Assembly (NCBI GenBank): GCA_030141605.1
Contig: JAQGDQ010000037.1
Coordinates: 310,001-374,000, forward strand
From: Tubiluchus corallicola
Lineage: Eukaryota; Animalia; Priapulida
Length of the DNA stretch: 64,000 nt
Direction: 5' to 3'
Part shown: piece by piece, positions 55,964 through 64,000 of the stretch
How the letters are laid out: every line of letters starts with the position of its first letter
Position numbering within the stretch: the stretch's first letter is position 1
Made by a program: the position numbers and the translations under genes
Notes under the pieces: generated by a model
The model's database searches: none
Told to the model about the DNA's origin: nothing
Seen by the model: the letters and a program-made list of their open reading frames with translations, nothing else

Positions 55964-58569
55964 TTTAACTATGACAAAAAACACTAACCTTTTCTGGCTG
56001 AACTTGCCGTGTTGCATTTTGTAAAATCGTCACCACATGGCTTTTTATTAAATTAAGTGCCTTTGACAAACTCTGCTTCAGTTTAAATAGATAAGTACTT
56101 GATTCTTTGAATTGAGGCTGCAAAATAATGTGAGAACAAATAAATAGTTATTGTGTAATATATTCGAAACAATTTTACTGTTGTTTTGACTTACATTTTT
56201 TCAATTCTCGAAAACACCCAATTCTAATATTGAATATTATCAGACATTGTACTTTTCCACACCTGTCATTTAAATACATCTCACCTTTATGTAATGCAAT
56301 TTTTGTAAGCAATATTTTTTTAATGGACAAAACATTTTTTTTGAAGGTCTCCCAATGCTCCATTGTCACAAATCACATTATATAAGGTAGCCTATATAAC
56401 ATTCACATTAATTTCAGTATTAACAGAAAAACAGTTTAAAAGCATGATTAAATACCAACTTACGTTTGCATTCATATATCCTATACATTCGTCTAATCTA
56501 GATAACATTGGTATAAATGACTCTCTTGTAACTGTCAGTGTGGGAGAACCTAGTTTCTACAAACATAAATTTTTACTTTATTTTGAAAATGAAAAATTAT
56601 GCCATTACTTATTAGACCAAATTATGTAACTGCACCGACATAAATCTACAGTTTGTGTTGCATCATTTCAAAATATATTAAATACATCATAGTACGACAA
56701 AGAACATTGTGAATGGGAAAGTTTTCTTTAACATTAGATGTATGAAAGGATGATATACTTATCATAGGCTCAACTCATGTGCATTTTCATTTAAAAAAAA
56801 TAAAGTCTACTTTACGTTTTGAAATAACAATAGAAAAATGCCACAAAATGGGTATACCCTATTATTCCAAGTGGGCATCTTCAATCGTAAATTTTATCGT
56901 CACTGAAAGATACCATATCGAGCTTCATGCTCATGTTTAATGCAATAATAATGCTGTGTGAAGAAGTCATATATACATAAATACATAAAAGCCAAATACC
57001 GGCAGAATTAATAAATATTATATTCAACAGTCTCGAAAATAGAACTAAGTTTATTAAGGCACGAACATTACCTGTGTTATGCTTTCCAGTTCATTGAAGT
57101 AAGAAAGTTTGTTGTTCACATTATCAACAGTATTTACTAGCTTTGTCTGCAAACAGAAGACTGCAGCTATAAACAGTATAACGTATAAAAATGTAAAAGT
57201 TCAGCAAAAAAAATTAAGGTACCGAAGTTGCAATGACAAGTGGGTCACCTTTTACACCAAATAATTTCAGTAGATAAACAGTAGATATTTTTAATAAATG
57301 TTGATGAAGGAGTTTATTTATGTCCTAAGGCATCTCATAAAAATCTTTTGCATAAACATTTGAGGGGGTAAAAAGTGAAAGAAAACTGAAGTCAATAATC
57401 TGACATTTACCTGATCAGCTAGCAGTTGTTCACAGGCTTCGTGTAAGGCATTTGTTTTAGTTGACACAAACACATACTGTTCATTGAGGTTCTGCAAGAA
57501 CTGCAGAGCACTCCCCACATCAACTAGCATATTATCACAGTGAGTTTTATAGTCTTCCAGGTGCTGCAGATATGACCTGAAAGGCAAAACCCAGTGTTTA
57601 CTAACCATTACCAAAATTTCATTCTGCAGGTTATGGATGTTTACACATTTGGTGAAATGATAACTATAATCTGTTTTTCAGACGATGCCATACAATAAAT
57701 TATTTCGAATGCTAAATATGACACTGAACGTGTTGTTAGTTATCCTGCAAGGAGTCTCAGTGTATTGCAACACTTTATTTTTTGCAGGCTGCTTCCCAAT
57801 TAATGTGTAGATACATGTAATTTATGACAAAGTTCTCTTTTTTGTTTAGTCATAAAATAATATAAATATGTGAGCTGCAGTCGATAAATATATTACAAGA
57901 TCTATTACTACACAATATATTTATTTATGTGAGCTGCACTGCCTGCAGGTAACTGGAAAGATGCTTCTAAAAATACTGCACGTGGCATTCGTGTGTCGAC
58001 TGAAGACAGCTACTGTTGCAGGAAGAAAGAACAAGAAGGTCATTCATACAACCTTGTAAATAATTCTTCATTCAATTTTTTGTTTGCATAATTCTAGTGC
58101 ATAAATGAAGAAGCAAAGTGAAATGACTTTATAACGGTGTTTGATGGATGTGCAGAGATTCGCACTAAATTCCTGGAATAATATCAATACAATAACAATA
58201 AAAACTCATTTTTCCCATCGATACAATAATCGATCTGATGACACACACCTGATTCCTGAAGTCTAGTAAACGTAACTTTAATCCACAATTTTTTAAATAC
58301 TTACTTTGAATTAATTTGTAGCAATTTCTACACTGCAAAACTGATACACAAATACATAATAGAACAATAATCAAATAAAAGGCATGCCTGTAACTAGCAT
58401 CATCCTCTTTTTCCATTTCCATTTCCACGTCGGCAAACCAGTTAAAAAACTGCTGGGCATTGTCGATTTTTTCTTTCTGTCTTTCCAAGTTTGCTATACT
58501 GACAGCAGGCTGACTAGTCTGGTCCAGTGTGTTAGGATAGCTTGACCCTGGTGAAGTCTCACTGGTCAC
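43284..58569 (-). CDS. COG3: Conserved oligomeric Golgi complex subunit 3 (5'-partial, 20 exons seen, about 889 aa)
   Basis: Exons in transcript order: 58388-58569, 57411-57576, 57072-57146, 56464-56556, 55989-56117, 55586-55704, 54209-54335, 53706-53797, 51474-51579, 51090-51123, 50210-50370, 49157-49331, 48460-48572, 47763-47852, 47140-47260, 46153-46235, 45470-45604, 44765-44968, 43995-44093, 43284-43649; phases consistent. Motifs: [130 protein letters not shown]. No start exon was found in the window. Confidence 0.95.
46411..47005. mobile_element. Fold-back / long-TIR element with about 200-bp inverted arms in a COG3 intron
   Basis: 46411-46617 is the diverged reverse complement of about 46800-47005 (e.g. 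ttttcctgacctgcatttaggatactg versus cagtatcctaaatgcaggtcaggaaaa); the spacer contains (TA)n. Confidence 0.85.
50894..51055. mobile_element. Small palindromic MITE-like element
   Basis: gactgtgattgccagtgtttataaacc ... ggtttataaaaactctggcaatggcagtc inverted arms; internal ggatttgaac (reverse B-box-like). Confidence 0.55.
51945..52743. mobile_element. Non-autonomous DNA transposon with 19-bp TIRs
   Basis: TAGGGCCTCAGATTTTCCG ... CGGAAAATCCGAAGCCCTA; flanked by TGATTG on both sides; subterminal cggaa repeats. Confidence 0.75.
53289..53693. mobile_element. MITE-like element (about 400 bp), copy 2
   Basis: AATAAGCCTTTTCACAGTT ... AACTGTGAAAAGGCCTATT; inverted homolog of 25537-25931. Confidence 0.8.
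55858..55962. repeat. Compound (CACG)n(CA)n microsatellite
   Basis: Direct reading; source of the spurious CVCV/RACV ORFs. Confidence 0.95.
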
Positions 58570-60328
58570 CTAGACCAAACAAAAACATTTAAAACTGATA
58601 TTAGAATGATGGAAATTGCTTGCGTTTTAGCTTTTAAGTTTAAAAAATCCTCAAATTAAATTTATGCAATGCACTTTAATTATTTCTACTTTGCTTGACA
58701 GATTTGTACTATATTTCAACTTTTTAAACAAATTAACGTACAAATGCATTGATCTTTGATCCCTTTTGCTTTCACTCAAAAAATGGACGAGCAACTAAGA
58801 AACAAGTCAGAAATTTTTATCATTAAATATGCCAAAAACACATTTCAAAACTACTAAAAAAAGTTTTAAAAAAGATGCCAGCAAACTATTTGCATAAATA
58901 CAGCATGAAAATTAATTAGTTATTTACAGATTAAGTGTTATACAAAAAAAATGAAATAAAATCAGTTCAACGCATGTCCACTCAGAATTATGTTTCATAC
59001 CTATGGAACACCTGCAACCTAGGTTTTGCACTCACTTAGATTAAATCTACGTGTCCTTCCTTCAGTTTTACGAAAATTATTGATTTGTTGGAACATTAGT
59101 GACCAGTGACCAAGACATATAGCTAGACAACGTTAGCTAACACATGACCAAGAAAGTAAGATAAAAACAGATTACAAGCAACATGTTAACATTTGTAGCA
59201 TAAATAGCTACACTAACAGAGTGGGAAAAATACCAAGAGAACTTTTGCTCTATTTAGTCTACGTTTGCACACTTTGTGTGAAATCTTGATGTTCTAAGTT
59301 TATACCAAATGTTCCACAATTCTATTTGGGTTTATAAATCATCATTAGACAACAAATGATTGCTTGACAATTTGAAATACAAATTTAGAATTTGGGTTAA
59401 TGTACCCGATATGGTCATTTGGCAACAAAATCTACCGGAGATAAAAATCTATTTTATCGTTCTTGTTTTTTACTAAATGAAGTTCTGCTGGGCTACTAAA
59501 ACTTCCACAACATGAATTATCTTGTGCAACATCTGTCCTGGTACTGTAACTTGGTATTAAAAAGCAAAATAATCCGTCTCCAAGTTCACATGACAGTCTA
59601 GCATAACTTTAACATTATGCTTCAGTAATTGTTCAAGGCCTCTCTAGGTATAATTCAAATAAAGTCAGGCTATAAAACTTAAGCAATGATTAACTGTTCA
59701 ATGAGATAAAAGATCCGAAAATAATGTTTTTCGCGATTAAGTAAATTTATTTATATTTTTTCTGTAGTAAAAGTATACTGTGATATTACTACAACATTTG
59801 TTGTTTAAAAAGGAAAAAGACTAGGTAATTAAACTAATTATCTTGCTTTGTATTTACATTTCACGGATACATGAACAAAAACAACTTTATTTACATGCAA
59901 CACATACAGGCCGTTTACTGTAACAAAAAAGAAATTCCAGTATTTTTCTATATTAGCTTATATTAATTAAATACACAGTTCAAATGTTTATCACATTTCA
60001 GTCTCTTCCTTAGAATCTTTCCCTCATAATTCTAACCAAATAGTTCTCATCAAAAGCTATCTTTATTGAGTTGCTTTAACACACTAATCCAAAGCAGTCA
60101 CTAATTGGTTAAACAAAGAAGTTCTGAAATTACTAAATTACTGTCCTACCACAGTATGACATGAAAAGCATACAAAACCATACAAATATATTACGTTATT
60201 ACATAGGCCTATCAAGTTGTATTTTAAAAGGACACCATCAACTTATGTTTAAATTGTTAAAACAACGAGTTTCAATAATAAGTAAAGTTATAGGTGAAAT
60301 ACAAGTTGATGTGCACACAATGCCAGCA

Positions 60329-61552
60329 CTAATAGGCTGATTTTGACGAACCCAAGCAAAGCTTGCAGCAAAGTACAGTAACACATAGCAGGCCGAATCC
60401 TATGCCGCCTAAAGCCAAATAGTCCAGAATATTCTCATTCCTTCCTTTTATCACTGTTAATCTCATAGTAGCTACCAGTCTACGATCCACCCAGCAACTG
60501 TACAGTGAAGAGTGGTATTTTTTAAGTTTTCTAATGTGTAACACGTTATTAATGTCAATGAAAACCATTCCATTGCTTGATTTGTAGATGTCAGCTGGGT
60601 CCAGAACATCAGTATTATTTTGCCAAGAAACGCGACTGTCTGCCGTTGTACGAGGACAATGAAGTTCAAGACTCTTACCCTCTTCTTCGTACAGAGTATG
60701 TCGCTTGACTAAGGGTGGTATTTTCGGTGGTATTTCATACACCGCTCTATGTTGGATTACGTTGCCATCTGAATCAGTTACAATGCTTTCACTAGGCAAT
60801 GTCGGACATGCTACAAAACATTCTGACACTAGTGTAACAGGTATATTATTCTGTATAGCTTCATACTCTAAAAGTGAAGGCGGTATTAGTGGAGAATCGT
60901 TATGACATGGAATACCACTTGGATAATAATTAAACACAAAAAAGTCTATTGGTACGACAGGCTCATCCTGATCAATTTTACGTACAAAGCAGTTTCCATG
61001 GCGTTTCTTTTTACCCTTCTCCCCACAAACACTACAAGCAGTCCACTCACTCCATAATGTAAACACATGTAAGTTAGATTGGGGTAAGTCAGTGTCATTT
61101 ACTGGATTAGGACCTTCAAGTGGTGGAACGAAAACCAGCTTTCTTTTCATTGGAGGGAATACAATCAACCGATATGCAGCTCGTACGTTCTGCTTCCACA
61201 TGCAGAAATAATGCCCTGCATCAGACAGCAGGACTTTTTGAATTCTCAGCATATTACCATTATTTGATAATATATATCTTGTCTCATTGCCAGGTAAAGC
61301 TTTTTCACCTTTCATCCAAACAGTTCTATAAATACTAGGATCTGTATCAGGAAATGGACAGAGATTGCAAGTAAAATTCACGATCTGTTCAACTGCAGCA
61401 AACAGCAACTGCTGAGGAACTCTTTCATTCTTCAAAAGTGTTTGACTTTCTATGCAATTATTATAGTCCAGTGCTCTCTGTTTCACATCCTCGTCTTCAC
61501 CACATACTGAAGTGATGAGCAACAACACAACCAAAGAGTTTGCAAACAGCAT
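60329..61552 (-). CDS. FAM187A: FAM187-family single-pass membrane protein (signal peptide, Ig, TSP1-like Cys module, Ig, TM), 407 aa, uninterrupted ORF
   Basis: Signal MLFANSLVVLLLITSVCG; Ig motif DAGHYFC; LHVFTLWSEWTACSVCGEKG...RHGNC, PVTLVSECFVAC and VFIDINNVLHIR...YSCW...LVATMRLTV match recalled FAM187A motifs (LHVFTTFWEWTPCDRCG, VFIDHGNQLHIR, YYCW...LVAGFRLGV); C-terminal TM followed by a Cys-rich tail. Confidence 0.85.
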   Translation of the reverse strand: MLFANSLVVLLLITSVCGEDEDVKQRALDYNNCIESQTLLKNERVPQQLLFAAVEQIVNFTCNLCPFPDTDPSIYRTVWMKGEKALPGNETRYILSNNGNMLRIQKVLLSDAGHYFCMWKQNVRAAYRLIVFPPMKRKLVFVPPLEGPNPVNDTDLPQSNLHVFTLWSEWTACSVCGEKGKKKRHGNCFVRKIDQDEPVVPIDFFVFNYYPSGIPCHNDSPLIPPSLLEYEAIQNNIPVTLVSECFVACPTLPSESIVTDSDGNVIQHRAVYEIPPKIPPLVKRHTLYEEEGKSLELHCPRTTADSRVSWQNNTDVLDPADIYKSSNGMVFIDINNVLHIRKLKKYHSSLYSCWVDRRLVATMRLTVIKGRNENILDYLALGGIGFGLLCVTVLCCKLCLGSSKSAY

Positions 61553-63236
61553 AATATCATGAAGATGCGTGCAGAAATCAATAAATTTTCCAAGGTTTTA
61601 CATAAGGGATAACACAACAATGTACTACACACCTATCAGTGATGCAACAAACAAATATATGCATTATTTAGAACTTGAGAAGGAACCGTTTGTCTACTTT
61701 TAAATAAATTTTTAGAATAATGATTAACCATGTGATTATGACGAAGTTGTGCCACGTACCACTGGTTATAAAAATTCTTTATAAATATCAAATCTGTTAT
61801 CATCGTATTTTTAAAGTTCACAGCCATACACACAGTAGGCTTGCTTTTGAGGACATGACATATTTAGATTCTTTTTCCAATTGATCATGTAATTGGGGTT
61901 CTCTACTCCAGTCTTCCTCAATTACATGTGCAAAAAAGCAACATCTATAAATATGTGAGCAAATTCACACATACTATGCAACAATTCTGAAATACTTTAT
62001 GACTAAATGTGATAAAGCGGTAATGATTTTTGTCTGTATACTGTTACCTGTACCGGGTGAACTGCGGGCCTGCTCTTTATAGTTTAGAGATGCCTAATTG
62101 TTTAGATTTACTATAGAATGACTATTCTTATTCTTTTGCACTTCAGTCACTATGCGATTCTTTTTACAGCGACATCAATCTATTTTATGATTTATCACTT
62201 TCTCTTCTGATACCAACGATTTTAATTTTTTCTCTTATTTTCCATTTTTCGTGTGTTTTTGTCTCAATATTATATAGACATAGTATACTCCATATGAAAA
62301 TAACCAATTTTTATTGGAATTTCAGCATGATCAATTTAGGTCAAGCTTTGCACACAAGTACACTCTATCACAATACTACTATGTAATGCTGAATATTACC
62401 TGCAAACTTACTTTATTTAATGAACCCTAAAGCTAGCATATTTGATATAAAGCTGATCGACTGATTCGACTACTTTGACACTACTTCTAAAAACTACAGT
62501 CAAAAACTACTAAGCTCTTCTCAAACCTCTCAGTATGCTTTATCCAATCTCAATGCGTGGTTATATGTGCCATATATGTGCACTTTCAAAACTTAAGCAC
62601 ATTTTGAAAAAAATCCACATATTTTATTTAAGTTTTGCAGAAATAAAAAACATTTATTCATATACTAACACAGTAAAAAAGGACTAGCTATTTGCTTTAT
62701 CAATAAAGTTCTGTTTTGTAGAATATAATAGGATTGATGTACTTATAATAATCTCTATATAATAATTTTGGTGATATGGGACACTTTATATATACAGTGT
62801 TGCAGGTCAAATGTTTTGGTCCATTATCCCTTGCCAAAGTTGTATATGCATTAGAAGCCACAATATATTAGACTGTAGTTCAACAAGCTTTTGAAGCAAT
62901 GTAGTTCGACTACTTTTTCTACTCTGACATTGTATAAGCGAAACTTGTTATTTGCACACCTCTCTGTTACATTTAAAATTTGACTTATAATTATACTGCT
63001 ACCTTTTGCTAACATTCTGGCTTTTTCTCGACTCAATATTGGACCAACAATGTATGTATGTATGTATGTAGCTCTTTAGTGTAACGTATTAATCTGTAGC
63101 ACTTATTTTTCTAGCACTTATTTCAGTAGTTTTGCAGAGGTAGTAATTGTAGACTACAGAAAATTTGTATTTTTGCAGAATAAACTAACATAGATATGGG
63201 GACGCAACATTGGTTTGAGCGTATACACTACATACA

Positions 63237-63562
63237 ATGTCCTGCAACGGGCAAATTTCCCTGGGCCAAACTCCAGATTTTTTCAAAATTTGGACCCAAC
63301 AGTCTATAGAAAATGTTCTGGCCTCCTGGTGGAGGACTCTTGGATGAAGATATATAGCTCTTTGGAAAGAGGAAGAATGAAGCTAAAAGATGATGTAAAT
63401 CACATTTAAGGATGCTTCCACCAGGAGGAGCCACAACGAGTTGGTATGGAGGTTCCATTTTGGGCGATTTTCACTTAGAAGCTACAGTGACGTTTTCATT
63501 GTTTTGACATCATTCCTTTGTATTCTGCCTACACTTCTACTTATTTTATTAAGCTTTTGCTG
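63237..63562 (+). repeat. Diverged partial copy of the element at 15245-16720
   Basis: Shared blocks gattttttcaaaattt, gaaagagga, ggaggagc, gaggttccattttgg.cgatt.tcacttagaa, cctttgta.tctgcc. Confidence 0.75.
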
Positions 63563-63809
63563 GCTGTTATGATGTGTAGCATTGTATAAATGCTACAATG
63601 TTAGCCTATTGAGATCAGAAGGAGCAGTATGCAAACACTATGTAGAATGGTTGTGCATTTATAACAATTAGTGGCTGGGTCTAATATCATTTACACAATT
63701 TTGATAATTTAAAAAATATTCTATAATACACTAGGCTGTTATCTTTCTTGAATTGCTGTTATTGTCATTGTCATTGTCGCTGTCATCACCATAATCGGTA
63801 GCAGCCAGT

Positions 63810-64000
63810 AAAGGTGTAGTGTGAGTTAGGGTGATGTGGCGTAATGGGTATGGTGTGACGTGGTGGGTGTGTGTGGTGTGCTGTGGGCGGGATGGTGAGG
63901 TGGATATGGGGTTAATGTGGGTGCTGTGGTGTGGGTGACATAGTATAGGTAGTGTGGTGTGGTGGTTGTGGTGTAACACAGGTGATTTGGTGTAGTTGTG
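63810..64000. repeat. GT-rich low-complexity (GGTGT-like) tract running off the window end
   Basis: Direct reading. Confidence 0.8.

Noticed and set aside
55759-56017. Cys/Val-rich ORFs
   Set aside because: Translation of the (CA)n/(CACG)n microsatellite
59036-59097. Candidate COG3 first exon (minus-strand ATG...|gtgagt)
   Set aside because: Phase 1, whereas the 58569 exon needs phase 0, and no similarity to the COG3 N-terminus
63731-63979. His/Thr/Pro-rich 82-aa ORF
   Set aside because: Derived from a GT-rich low-complexity tract

Overview
AT-rich, intron-rich invertebrate (metazoan) genomic DNA; exon structures were reconstructed by hand from splice sites and reading-frame phase. It carries four conserved protein genes: (1) an 8-exon NR2E5/Hr83/NHR-239-class nuclear receptor (+, 1307-10555); (2) ATG16L1 (+, 21744-38880, 16-17 coding exons, one GC-AG intron, and a candidate 30-nt microexon encoding a LIR/FIR-like motif); (3) COG3 (-, 43284-58569, 5' end apparently outside the window, about 110-aa C-terminal extension); (4) an intronless FAM187-type Ig-TSP1-like-Ig-TM gene (-, 60329-61552) that appears nested on the same strand inside a COG3 intron. 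Between the receptor and ATG16L1 lies an unannotated tandem family of three small secreted cysteine-rich protein genes or pseudogenes, together with a decayed LINE. Several MITE-like elements, a two-copy element carrying a TTAGGG array, a fold-back element and microsatellites are also present. The best novelty candidates are the cysteine-rich family, the ATG16L1 microexon and the nested FAM187 gene. Family assignments come from recalled motifs, not database searches.
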